Shown here: piece by piece, positions 10,763 to 22,389 of the stretch
Layout of the letters: the number at the start of each line of letters is the position of its first letter
How positions within the stretch are numbered: the stretch's first letter is position 1
Origin: Cyanidioschyzon merolae
Taxonomy: Eukaryota
Strand: one strand, 5' to 3'
Length of the DNA: 64,000 nucleotides
Assembly (NCBI GenBank): GCA_000091205.1
Contig: AP006499.2
Translations under genes and position numbers: made by a program
Notes under the pieces: generated by a model
What the model saw: the letters and a program-made list of their open reading frames with translations, nothing else
Database searches by the model: none
What the model was told of the DNA's origin: nothing

Positions 10763-13700
10763 CTGACGAGGGCAAGCAAGCCTTTAGGAGCCTCCTCAGT
10801 AGGAGGCTCTCTATCTCGTGACGCAAAGATCAGCGGCGGAAACCCGAAAACAGAATCCGCCTGTTTGATGCGGTACAAGGCATCCGGTATTCTGGCGGTT
10901 GCCCGGCACACGCCTGCGCTACGTCCGAGATGCTTGTAATGCTTTCGCTGGGCAAGGAGGCTGTATTTTGAAAGCTTTCAATTTAAAGTGTACATTTACT
11001 AATTTTTGTACCACGTACCGCTAAACTTCGTGCAGGTTATCTTTTTCAAGCAGTTTGGTGTCAGATATGGCAGCTAAAGTGAGCAAACCTTCTATATGGA
11101 AGATGTTGGCGATCGTCGTTCCAGGAGAAAGTTTTTGATCGAGTTGCAACGGCGTAGTGGTGCTGGGAACGATAACTAACCGTTTCGCTTCGAACTTGAA
11201 CGGCGAAGTAACCACAGTGTTTCGTTTTGGGCGCTTGCATGGAATATTTTATGATTCAAGTTCCCATTGGAGGTGAGACTTTTTACTCAGTGGCAAAACG
11301 CAAGGAGGCCGAGCGGCGACTCGCGCGCTTGGCCTCAGAGTCACCAGGGAGCAGTGCCGATTCTTCTGTCCTCGGCTCCAACGTACCCGCAACGCCAGGA
11401 CTGGAACGAGCTGGAGACGTCTCGTTGAGTCATGATGAAGAGGTTTCTAGCGAAAAACCGAAAAAATGGCCCCGAGTATGAGAAGCTTGCCGCACGGAAA
11501 GCGCCATGCTTGCGGTGCCGTTCACATGGTAATATTAGGTGCTTTCGCGTGAACGCGGTTGCCCTGCCATGTTTTTCATAGTGGAGCATTCCTTAGTCAA
11601 TCAGGAGATACAAGGACACAAGAACAATGCTGGTACTCAGGGTGTGGGTTCCAAAGCGGCATATGCGCCGTTTGGATTGTATCACGTCACAACGGGACTG
11701 GGCGTATGCAGAGATTGCAGCATACATGAACGCTGCCGTTGACCAGAGATGAAACCTCAACTACCGACGAGTTATCGGAATGCAGCACCTGCTGCTGCCC
11801 TGAGCAACACGTCCTACCCCGTTGCTTGGTCAAATGTTTCGCTCGTTTGCATGAGGAATCCTATCTGGATTGCTCTTGTCATGCAGACATATTCAGCAAT
11901 ATCCAATAGCGGAACCCTAGTACAGCTCACCAGTTGTGCGGGAAGATCGTTCCCAGTACATACGTATGGTGCTGGAGCCTCACCAGAATCCTGAACGCAC
12001 CACGCGAGACTCCATTGCCCCCTTTCCTGACCACTGAGTTTTTTCCATCGGAAGTCGTTAGTGTTTCAACGCAATGCCGAAACTGGGAACTGAACGATTC
12101 CATAGAAACTTTGCTCGACAGAGCCGGTTAACGCTGTTTAGCCCCGAGAAATTTCCGGAGTTTACTCGATTTGTTCAAGTTTCGGTGGAGAGAGTGCATG
12201 CGCGCATGGTTGCTGGTGGAATCAGACCAAAGCATGCCACTCACCTTCGTTTACCTCACCATCTGAAGGTCGGTTGTTCTGGAGTGACGAAAAATGGCGT
12301 TGTCTACGAGCCGGGCAGCATAGCGTGGAGAGGAGAAGCCACGAAGTGTGTTTCTCCTCAGGATGAAGTCGTACGCGATCCTGCACATGTCGTATTTCGT
12401 AGGTGACCGCAGTATTGAATCGCCGTACGCGCAAACATTATCGGGAAACACACTTATCCCTTCTGTACGAACACCATTTTACTCTTCGTTGGCGACACAT
12501 ACATAGTTCTAAGCTTTCTCTCGAACCAAGTCTCATCGAACGAGAAGAGCATCCGTCCTTAACGTAACAAGAGTTCGCGCGTCAGAATCGAATCCACTGT
12601 GTATTGTTCAAGGCGCAACGCTCTCCCACAGACGCACTCTTTTTTTCCTCGGCCATCCATGTCTCTTCTTCACCGCTCGTATTGACAGTGCGAAAACCAC
12701 AAATCATGGAACTGGGTTTTTGATGTTTCTCAGAGAACGCACGAACAGGACTGGAATGACCTGGAGAGAGTCGTACAGAGAAAATTTGCTGAGTTCTATG
12801 TTGAGTGCGCGACGTTCAGACTAGGGACACAGCAAAGACTGCTTCAACTACTTGCTGAACATTAATTGGCTGACTTGGATAAGTAAACCCGTTTTTCGAT
12901 AGGTAGCGGTGATTCCATGACGTCTCCCCGCGATGTTTCTCCGCCCAAACGATACACCCTTTTCGAAGAATAGTCGGAAGAAAAAACAAAAACAGAAACT
13001 GCGTGCTTGTTCAAGAGTACTGGAATTCACTGCTCACCGAACATAGCAACGAGACTTGTCATGGCGAAAGAATCTAAGGGCGTGTCAGATTAAAACAGAC
13101 CACTGAACTGGGCGCTCTGTTCATCGCTTTCGATTTCCGAACTGTTTCATGTACAGCCCCGACATTTGATGCGCGGTTCGAAGAGCTTACGAATGCATAT
13201 ACTTTTAGAACTCTATGCTGACTTCTCGGAATGTTTACTTCGATGCTCTTCTACTGGAATTCGTGACATCAGTGTAATCAAGATGATTCGAAACGCCCCC
13301 GAACAATGGTTCGTGCACTAAGCAACGTCATTATCAAATGAATACGTACATGCCTCGACTGTTCTCCTTTGCTTACGTGTCGCCAGCTTCAATCAAGCAT
13401 ACTTCAAGGTTCGAAATTTTCGTTCCGAGCTAACTCCTGTACGTTGCGATTCTAGCGCCTGACTTGATGATAAGAGCGACTCAACGTCGTCCGCTGAGAA
13501 CTTTTCTGGAAGCTCATACGGAAAGTTCATTCAAGTTTTGACATCAAATTCTCGATTTCGCTCGAAAGACATATCCCTCCCTCTTGATGGCCATCGACGA
13601 GCCGGCATGAGTGAGCACGATGCTACATGTCAAGCAATATGATTCCAGAAACTCCCGTTTTTCTATCTGGATGGACAATTGGTCTTGGATTTGGACTTCA

Positions 13701-14449
13701 GTCATCACAGAGAACCGTTTCTATCCAAGGTACACCTCGGCTTTGCACGAAGAAGCTTAGGCTAATTAAAAAGTTCCCGGCACGGTCTCCAGTCTTTGTT
13801 TTCATTCTGATACCATTTTTAGGGAGAACAAGATCGAATTCCACGAATCCTTAATGGAAAAGAAGAGCGAGCGCTTCCACGTGCAACGGACATAGTCCTC
13901 CCCGAGCCAATCGCCCAGAAGAAATCAGGAATCTTAGAGTACGGTGCTGGACGCGAGAGCGGAGGAAACATCCAATGAAGCTTTCTGTGCCTATCAAGCG
14001 AACGCACCAACTGATGAAGAAAGCATTCACGTGCCGCAGCGCTGCGCTTCGATGAAGAGAAGGTGCGGTGGACGCATGGGAAACCGCACCCCAGCCCAGC
14101 GTGACCGGTGCGAAGGACACACCGAAGATGTACACAAAGCAGATGAAAATAACCAGAGGATCCCAGCTGGCAACGATCGTATATTTATGAAACGGACCGC
14201 CAACACCGGGACGCAGTGAATTCCGGATTTTGAGGCTGCCATCAATGTATCTCGACTGCTAAAATCGTAGCTGGAGGCACAGCAGAAACCAGCGCATTAG
14301 AAACTGAAGATAACAGAGTCGAAAAGGAAGCAGTGGTAGAAAGGATGCACAAATGCTAATGCTGATGGCAGTGGGAAAAGAATCAGAGTTTCAGACGAAC
14401 GCTAGACTTCGACAAGGCGATGCATTTCATTCGATCCAAACAGTTCAGT

Positions 14450-14900
14450 ACAAAATATCAGTGAAATAGAAAATGTCCCGCGACCATGCAGGATCAATGA
14501 GCACCCACGGATAGATGCCTCCCAGGCTTTTTTGACCCGCTGTCTGCTATCGGTTTCAGCTTCTCACTGTACGCTTCGAGCGTGAGGGGATGTCCAACAA
14601 AATTTGGACCCCCAGCTCCTCGGGTCCCGTCTCCAGCACCGCATATCGTCTGATACTGATGGCGGCGTTGAAGTCTCGGTTCATAAACTCCATACGTTTT
14701 GATGCCTCTAGTTGATCTTATCAATGTGCGTATTCCCCGAGCTCGCGCTTTCAGTACCATTTGCTGCTCTGCCAACTCTCCGTGCGTGTCCAATGCCGAA
14801 GCGCTCCGTTGGCTTCTCTCCGTTACGGCCTTCTGAAGCGTACATTCCTGCTCTTTCCATAAGTTTGAACATGAACGCACTTCCTGACGCCTTTAGATGA
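14450..14900 (-). pseudogene. Degraded 3' fragment of the TnpB/Fanzor-like element (copy 4). It retains the RuvC-III motif, is frameshifted, and carries the conserved 3' tail.
   Basis: The minus-strand translation contains RMEFMNRDFNAAISIRRYAVLE. The upstream KARARGIRTLIRSTRGIKTYG aligns to ERRAKVRGLLALVSTTSDGKKRMEF in copy 1. The conserved tail ggaggcatctatccgtgggtgc lies at about 14501..14522 (reverse complement). Confidence 0.6.
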
Positions 14901-15177
14901 TTACTTCCCCGGAGAGAGACGGACTTGCTGAGGGACTATGACATGTATTCCCCGTGTGTCACCGTGTGCTGAACGCATTAGCGATTCGCCCAATGGAGCG
15001 ATCACTGCGTACCAAGATAGAAAATACTCATAGGATGGGGTTGAACCACGGAGCTAACGGAGCAATGGAAAGCAACTGTATCCCTATAGAATTCGCAAAA
15101 GCTCGGGCGCAAGGGGAACGATGAAATGCAACGTTGTCCGATAGAATAGCGTCTCCAGACCTGCAGAGCAAAAGTCT

Positions 15178-15448
15178 TCAATTATTCCACAATGTGGAAT
15201 GGTGTTTTCTGAGCCTTCTATTCGAGTTCGATCGTACATTTAACAGGTTAACTGCTCTGCAAATACCCGGATAAGTTGTGACGGTTTCGTCCGAAGGACG
15301 TCTCATCGACCGAAAACATAAATGGACGTCCCTGTGTTTCATACCGATCGTAATGTTCCAGGAACGCTGTCGTTGCGATTGGAAGGAAGATGCCATTGCT
15401 TGAACGATGACTCTTTTTGAGATTGTATCCCAGTGTTTTCAGGATCAT
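15178..15448 (-). pseudogene. Possible remnant of a DDE transposase (Tc1/IS630-like LKxLGYxxKK...FxDEtsF segment).
   Basis: ORF MILKTLGYNLKKSHRSS...RPFMFSVDETSFGRN resembles the region around the first catalytic D of DDE_3 transposases. It is short and interrupted. Confidence 0.25.
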
Positions 15449-16432
15449 AGGCGCGACTTGGTGAGAAACAGAGACGCCTGTGGCGGCTATTATCGTCGCT
15501 GTTGCTTTCCGAAAATGGTGATCAACGGATCGTTTTCTAAGATCGACTGCAAGCGACCTCTATGAATATCGATCTCTGGCACGGAGTGCATCTACATTTT
15601 TCTTATAGTTTTCGCCAACCATCTGAGTACGTCGGTATGACTGTCCTAAACGAGGAATGCAGTCCTCCTTGGACTGTTCAGAAATGAATGTAAATGCTAC
15701 ATGCAAATCATCTACGATCTACACTATGCATTGCATTGCGATTTCGATCTCCTAGACATCGCAGCGGAAGTGAAACAGAATTTAGTACAAAGACTACAAG
15801 AACGGAAACCTCGGGCCTCTTTGATGGTAGCGTTCACGCATCCGATAGATGCCAATATGACACATCTGGTGAAAAAGCAGCTAAACATTCGCGTCGATTC
15901 GTTTTCTGGGTCTGTTCAGGGCATGGTGCTGGCATGTGCGTGCTGGCACTCACCAGCACTCACTGAACGTTGCTTTGCAGTCGCGAAATGCGAAAGCATC
16001 CCGCTCCAACGCGAGTTCGCGGTGATGAACTTGTCTTCAGCATCGCTTCCAAAGTCCGAATGCGACCAGCAAATGCCTCTTCATGGGAAGCTTGCGGCAA
16101 ATACCATCTCAGTTTGACATGGATGAATTCGTGCTCGACATTTCACGAGTGCAGCGCAAGAGGTCAATTCACTGTCCGCTTACACCTGTGCATGCGACGG
16201 CAACATAGAAACCGGAAACGAGTATTCTGCATTCACAGGAAATACCCTGCAGCATAGGCATCTGGATCCCATCCAATCGTTCAGAGCGCTTTTCCGCACG
16301 GCGCTGCTGAGGGCGCACTGATCCGTAAAACGCTTGGGATGTTTCGGTAGACATCTCGCTGCCTTTCGAGTCGAGCTTGTTGCGAGAGGAAAACCCAGCA
16401 GCCGGGGGACGTTCACGAGTTGCGTTTTTGCC

Positions 16433-16690
16433 ATGAGCGCTGCGCGATCGTCTTCGACGAGCGTGGTGAGTCCGGCAGCGCCGGCGGACCCCTGTGCTAG
16501 GCTCAGGGAGGAGGCGCTGCGCTGCGTCGGGGAAGCCAAGCGCCAGCCTGGGGCACACGATACCTGCCGCGAAAAGAAAGAGTGCTATCGACGCTGTCGT
16601 GACCTTTGGCTGGCCGAAATACGCAAGGCACGACGTGAAGAGCGACTTCCGAACCCGGCGGTGACGGGCCAAACGCCGGACACCAGCTAA
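16433..16690 (+). CDS. Candidate small CHCH-domain (twin Cx9C) protein of the mitochondrial IMS type, about 85 aa.
   Basis: Translation has PCARLREEALRC (Cx9C) ...16 aa... CREKKECYRRC (Cx9C). It lies within a GC-rich block that also produces spurious ORFs. Confidence 0.35.
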   Translation: MSAARSSSTSVVSPAAPADPCARLREEALRCVGEAKRQPGAHDTCREKKECYRRCRDLWLAEIRKARREERLPNPAVTGQTPDTS

Positions 16691-17675
16691 ACCTCGCTCT
16701 GGGTGGTAATCGTCCGCAACCTGTGCGGCCGACTGGGATGATTTCCACGTTGAAAGCACATTTGGACTTTGTTCGCTTTGGGGGAGTCTTCGCAGATCAG
16801 AGCTGTTGTCGTCGAGGCTACCCGCGGCCGCCAGCTCGCTGGTCGGCACTCGAGTCTGGGGCAGCCTGGTGCAGGCGACGTGCTGCGTTCGCTACAGACA
16901 GCGCGTTCTGCGGTGTCAGGACCTTTGTTATTCCAAGACCTCTTCTGGAGCGCAAGGCACCACAAGCGGTAACGAGCATCCAGTAGCAAGCAAGCAAGCT
17001 AGCATAGACGCGCCCCCGATAAAGTGCACATGTGCAAATATGCCTGCAGCGCTGCCGTCGACAACGGACTTGTCTATGTGCAGCCAGTGCATGACACCGA
17101 TATGCGTCCGTTCACGCTTCGTCTGCATCGGGCCAGCAACTGGTCTGATGATATTCTCCAGGCAGCGATTGAGATGAACCTGTCGTGGGGCTGTCTGTTT
17201 ATGGAAGCGCGCCATGTAGGTGTACCTGGCCAAGAGTTGGTCATGGAAACAAGGACGCCTCTCCATTCCGTCGTTTTGCGTCTCGTGTAGTACTCGAATC
17301 CGATATCCACCGGTGCATCCAAGGCGCTACGTTCAATGCCGTGGAGCGTGACCTGGAGACACTGCCGGGTTTCCGCTTCGTGCGTGCCCTTCCTGAGACT
17401 GTTTCGCACCGCGTTTCAACATGTATTCGGGAAGGACGCGTCTTTAACGCTGCTCCTCGGTTCCATCCATCACAGTCTGGTCATGAACAGACACGTCGAA
17501 CGTGCGCAGCAGAAACGGGAACCCCAAAAACATCTCGTTGCGAGGCCGTCTCCGCTGGCTCACAGGCCGTATGATCGCGCATTGCACTACGACCAAGTCA
17601 AGCTAAAAGCATGTCGTTTACCACTCGAGGTCTGTGCGACCGCGCTCTCCAACACACTAGGTATTTTACACAACA

Positions 17676-18398
17676 TCACTTCCACCAGGGCTTCTCACCA
17701 GTTCGAAAGTCGGTCTCCTTCCAGGGTTTGATCTGTACGAACCCGTCATCATCCACTTTGGTATGTGCCAGAGCGAGCGGAAGCGGAGCTGGACCGCGCA
17801 CCACCTTCCCTGTACGATCGTACTGCGAACCATGGCAAGGGCAAATGAACTTGTTCTGTGCTGCGTTCCAAGGCACCACGCAGCCGAGGTGCGTGCAAAC
17901 AGCATTCAGTGCGTAGGTTTCGAGCTCGCCGGCGTCGTTCACAACAAGATACGTGGGCTCCCCGTTCAGGCCTTGCACAAGATCACGAGAGCCGGGGGGA
18001 TGCGTCTTCAGATACTCCTCCTTCTTGATAGGCGTCCCGAGGGCGTCCTTGGCAATCGCGCCGCCTGAACTCTTGTTCTTCGACGGCGGCATGAAGTAGC
18101 TTGCGTATGTGCTCAGCATGATGCTTGCTGGGAGTCCAACTGAACCCAAGAGAATGAGGTTCAGCAGCGTGCGCTTCCCCATATCTGGTATGTAGTCGTC
18201 ATCGGAGCCCGAGGAGCCGCCACCGTCGCCACCGCTTCCGCTCCCTCCACGCGCGTTATCAACTGTACTCGGCAGCGCATACGTCATGCGCAGTGCCACA
18301 CGCTTCCTGCCCAGCGTTGTATGCTGACGTTCGACCGTACCAGGATAACACCGAGGCACCGTTCTAAACGTAAGGCTATTTGTTGTAAGCACGAACAT
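17676..18398 (-). CDS. petC: Cytochrome b6-f complex Rieske iron-sulfur subunit (PetC). This is the nuclear-encoded precursor with an N-terminal targeting extension.
   Basis: [45 protein letters not shown] contains both Rieske boxes (CTHLGC, CPCHGS) in the b6f-type context. The N-terminal extension is consistent with a transit peptide followed by a membrane anchor. ATG start verified. Confidence 0.9.
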   Translation of the reverse strand: MFVLTTNSLTFRTVPRCYPGTVERQHTTLGRKRVALRMTYALPSTVDNARGGSGSGGDGGGSSGSDDDYIPDMGKRTLLNLILLGSVGLPASIMLSTYASYFMPPSKNKSSGGAIAKDALGTPIKKEEYLKTHPPGSRDLVQGLNGEPTYLVVNDAGELETYALNAVCTHLGCVVPWNAAQNKFICPCHGSQYDRTGKVVRGPAPLPLALAHTKVDDDGFVQIKPWKETDFRTGEKPWWK

Positions 18399-19289
18399 TA
18401 TCCAGCGTTATACACAACAATGAAACTGCGAGTTGCAATCAAGTAAGAACGCAAACGTTCATGCAACACGAACGGAAAAATCGTTTCGTGATCATCGACG
18501 ATGGGCGGCAGCGTGCTCGCGATGCAGGGCTTCGAAGGATCGCGGCGTTCGGTGCAGCGGAATCGGGATGCCAGAGACGCCAGCACACTTAACCTTTCTG
18601 TGCCTGTGCTGGAAAAAAAGAACGCAGCTATCTCTTTGAGAGACATCAACATCTGGGAATCACTGTGGTAAATGAAGGCCAGCCACTTACTTTGAGTGTA
18701 GTGCTAGCAACTGATGGTCCCGTAACTGAGCTCCAGCACTCACCAGTTGTCAGCGAACTCATACTCTACCCCCTAGGTGGAAGGTCCAGCGAACCAGATG
18801 CGCACACGGGACCAGTGTTACGCGTACCTAATCACTGGTGGGTGCCAAGCACAGACCCGAGTCGCCAACCGACGGCAACGCTTTCCATGTACGATCACGC
18901 AGGAGAGAGGCGGCTCCCAGGATTCATCGTAACAGCCAAGTTTCTCCAATGTGTTGTGAAGCGAAAGCAAGTTTTGCATCCGCAGGCTGTCCGAGCACAA
19001 ACTGACAACGAGACCCAGTTCTACGTCAGGTGAAGCATGCCTCGAGCAGACGCCGTCTGCGGTACGGCAACGCCGTTCTGTTTCTGTGCTACGACAGCAC
19101 CGGCGCTACAAGCGCTATTGAGGCGGATGTTCACGGGCAGGCACTCGGCGCCCGATAGCACGTCTGAAACACCATTACATCCGAGAAGAAGTATGGGTTA
19201 TGAAACTTGGACGTAAGGCGTGGAATGACGAAAGTTCCACCGCGCGCAGGCATCAAGCGCACAGAGTCGCGGCACGCTCGCCTGTGTGA

Positions 19290-19935
19290 GAAGTTTTCAC
19301 ATGGAACAAAATCCGCTGCATTTGCTGTTGCCGCTGATTTTTCTCCAATGACAAAACGTTTACATTGTACTTGGATTCCAGATAGCGAGATGGATGGGTA
19401 TAGCTGATCGAAAAAGTGTCCATCATGATGCACTCTACCTCCATGCTCCGTTCCTTATACTTCCTTTCGGATGTACAGATCGTTTTGTGCGTTCTGTAGT
19501 GCGACCGAGTGCCTGCTTTGGGCACCCGCCTTAGCGCCTATACCACTGGGACGGATGCATCATGGAGATAGAACAGCGTTGCCATACCACTGAGGGCGAC
19601 GGATCGAGGAACGCTTTACCTGATACAGCGTTGGAGTCCAGAATAATTCTGGGAGCCTGTAGGCTAAACAGACAGAACTTTTGGCTGCGAAAGCACGAAC
19701 CGATATACTAGGAGTCTACTGCGATCTGGGCGACGACCAAACACAGCATCCCGCATCTAGTCCCAGAATGAACCGCGTTGCGGACGAGCTGCTCAGGTCT
19801 CGCCACAGCGCCCGCTACTGGGGGGAGCACGAAGCACGAGTCCGGGAGACTCGTCCGGCTCGCGGGACTTTTCGCCTAGAGGGAGGATTCTTCAGAATAT
19901 GGAAACCTTTTCCGCCTTTTCAAAGTTTATCGTAG
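19290..19935 (+). repeat. Dispersed repeat family A, copy c. It lies about 400 bp upstream of the start of TnpB/Fanzor-like element copy 1.
   Basis: Homologous along its whole length to 5420..6060. Minus-strand small ORFs in both copies are also related (MEVECIMMDTFSI vs MELEERCIKMDAFSI). Confidence 0.7.
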
Positions 19936-20318
19936 AAGGGGAAAGAAATTGCCGTATCGTTGCTCGCTAGTCGTGAGTCTCTTTTCTTTGTTCAACATAG
20001 CGCAGTCGATTTGCGCACCAGGGAGATCTGTCAGTTTCGAGTCACGACGCGTATGCTGCCGTTGAAGGGAAACGCGATCCTGATCAATAGCGTGCTGCTC
20101 TAATGTGCAAGTTGTACTTGCGTTAAAGACGTGGCAAAGTACAGTTCTTCAGTTCATTTGTGTTTCAAACCTCAAACAAGTGTATTCAACTGTTTTTTCG
20201 CAGTATATAACTGAAGCGTTCAAAGTCCGTTACAAAAAATAAAGAAGGAAAGTCATGGAAAACCAAGTCGACGATCCTGGAGGCCCAGTGTGGCTGGCCG
20301 CCAGAAAAAAAACAAAAA

Positions 20319-21776
20319 AATAGTGCCGAGTCCAGAAGAAAGCGAAGTGAAAAAGAAGCATTAGGGGAGGCTCTACGTCGAAGGCAGCAAGAAAGACGTC
20401 TGTACAACGAGATGGCGGTGAAAGCCTGTCTTCGTAAACATACCAAGGATCCGTACAAGGAAAAGTTGCGAGGCGCTATCAGAAACCGTGTCGAGTTCTA
20501 ATCCATGAGTATTATAAAGGCGTCATCAGTACGAATGCATTTGGTGTCGGAGATGTACGGAGACGTGACGCACATGGAAACAGTCGAGGTTCCGGATGCG
20601 TTTTCCGACAAGACTTCTATTCGTCACCTGATGCTTGGTACAGGGGAATCGTCGACGAAAAAAGAGCTAGTCCATGCCTTCCACGAAAACTTTGCAGATT
20701 TCCGCTTCGAGGGTACTCGATACAAGGGTGACGGAAGTATTTACACATACGGGGCGATGAAGTACATCACGAACCTGAGGAACCATTTGACTATGAACCC
20801 GGAGCGTTTCATGATACGCACCGTCTTTGCGCTGTACCCGGGACTGTCTCGCAAAGGAGTATGGGCGATTATCAATGGGATCACGAACGATCGCAAGCAT
20901 GAAGATGACAAGGAGGCGGATCTCGCGACGAAGAAAGTGCAGGATAACGACTCTGTCGTTCACGCGGACCCTGGGAATACGAATATCATAACCATCGCAG
21001 CACCCAAGCGTGGGGAAGATGGTACTGACGGTACCTTGCGTCAGAAAGATATGTGTCTTTTGAGGTTCTCGAGAGCAAGATACTATCGAGAATCCGTTAT
21101 AATGAATGCGAGAAAGAAAATCGACACATGGAATGCAGGAATGAAGGATCACCTGGAAGCTTTGAGGGAGGTGACGAGCCACGGGGCGGACTTTACAGCT
21201 TCTCGGAAATTCATGGAAGTTCGTGTTGCTCATTGGGATGCGCTGTAGAAAGAATATACAAAGCCCCGGCGGGCTCGTTTGCGTATGAATTTGTATTGTG
21301 GGAGGCAGCGTGCATTCGCAATCTTTTTCAATGAGTTGCGTGCCCTGAAGGAGGACGAGCGTCAAAGTCTCGTAGTAGCATACGGAGCAGGGCGCTGGAA
21401 GACCCAAAAAGGATGTACACCAGCTCCAACGACAAGAACGTACAAGGAGTGCGCACGGCGTTTTGTTACGGTGCCTGGAGATGAGTTCCGAACATCGTAT
21501 GTGCATCATGAACTGTGATGTACGCTTCAGAGAGTGGAGATGGAAAAGTGCCAGAGGAGCCCTGAGGATATAAAAAAGTACGGAGCGCTGACAGATGAGC
21601 AAATGGAAAGGAGGGCGAAAGTTCGAGGATTGCTTGCATTAGTAAGTACAACCAGTGATGGCAAGAAACGTATGGAATTCGTGAATCGTGACTTTAATGC
21701 CGCCGTCAATATAAGGAGATATGCGGTGCTGGAGAATAGACCTCCAAAGAAGACACAACAGGACTTAATTGGATAA
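20319..21776 (+). pseudogene. TnpB/Fanzor-like RNA-guided-nuclease homolog ORF of copy 1, interrupted by three nonsense codons. Read-through or a recently inactivated gene are both possible.
   Basis: See the element entry. At the TGA position, copy 3 has GGG and copy 4 has GAA, so the ancestral codon was probably GGA (Gly). Confidence 0.6.
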
Positions 21777-21905
21777 TCACTCAAGGTGGAATTATATGAG
21801 ACAATATTGGAAGCGGTAGTAGGTGGCCGGTCCAAAAAACTAAGAGGCGTCTGCACGTCAGCTGAAGATGTCTAGTCTAGGGCGGGTCACTCGCCGCTAT
21901 TGTAC
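20319..21905 (+). mobile_element. Near-full-length TnpB/Fanzor-like element (copy 1). A single reading frame of about 485 codons carries RuvC-I-like and RuvC-III motifs and is broken only by three in-frame stops. It is followed by a conserved non-coding 3' tail of about 130 bp.
   Basis: RuvC-I-like motif SVVHADPGNTNIITIAAPKRGEDGT (Asp codon at 20967..20969). RuvC-III motif KKRMEFVNRDFNAAVNIRRYAVL (Asp at 21690..21692). All segments 20319..20498, 20502..21245, 21249..21515 and 21519..21776 are in frame 0. In-frame stops: TAA 20499, TAG 21246, TGA 21516. Confidence 0.65.
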
Positions 21906-22389
21906 ACGGCCGCTGGTGGCAACGTTTTTCGTTTGAAAGGCGTTTGCTGTCTGTCGATCGAAGCCACCATAGGCTCACACCTAACTAGAAGCCCCGGTTT
22001 GAAACTGCATAGGCAGCGTATAGAGATCCAAATCGTCGACAAGCCACTTCTTCTCAATGCTCGCGAGCGAGCAGTTGCAAGTATTTGGAGGACACACTCG
22101 CTCGAACTAACGCACCTGTCACTGCGAGCGGTTCCACATCATGGTTGTTGTAGCGCACTTACTCTACGTGACGGTTTCCGTGCACGCAACTTTAGACGAG
22201 ATTCTTAGCGGTTGGGGTCGGAACTTAAAATGCGTCCTAGATCGGAGGCGCCCTGGCCTCGCAGGGCCTAGAGACACCCGGCCTCGACCAAGGTCAGGCG
22301 GGCACGTTCTTGACGCATTATTCGCACGCAAGCTTCCTTTTCCACCCAAGGACTCGTTTGATGGGTGGTGCACGGCGCCACTTCAGACG

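Noticed and set aside
16169-17600. Stack of overlapping 80-230-aa ORFs on both strands.
   Set aside because: The region is very GC-rich, so stop codons are depleted in all frames. None of these ORFs show family motifs, apart from the small Cx9C candidate reported separately.
20499-21518. Possibility that the organism uses a genetic code with reassigned stop codons, given three in-frame stops inside a conserved ORF.
   Set aside because: Every other gene in the window terminates normally at TAA, TAG or TGA exactly where homology ends (PetC, TPI, uS9, TLK and others). Paralogous copies carry sense codons (GGG/GAA) at the TGA position. Point nonsense mutations are therefore the better explanation.
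20667-21602. 311-aa ORF on the minus strand, antisense to the TnpB/Fanzor-like frame.
   Set aside because: No recognisable motifs. It lies entirely within and opposite a frame that carries clear nuclease motifs, so it is most likely a chance antisense ORF.
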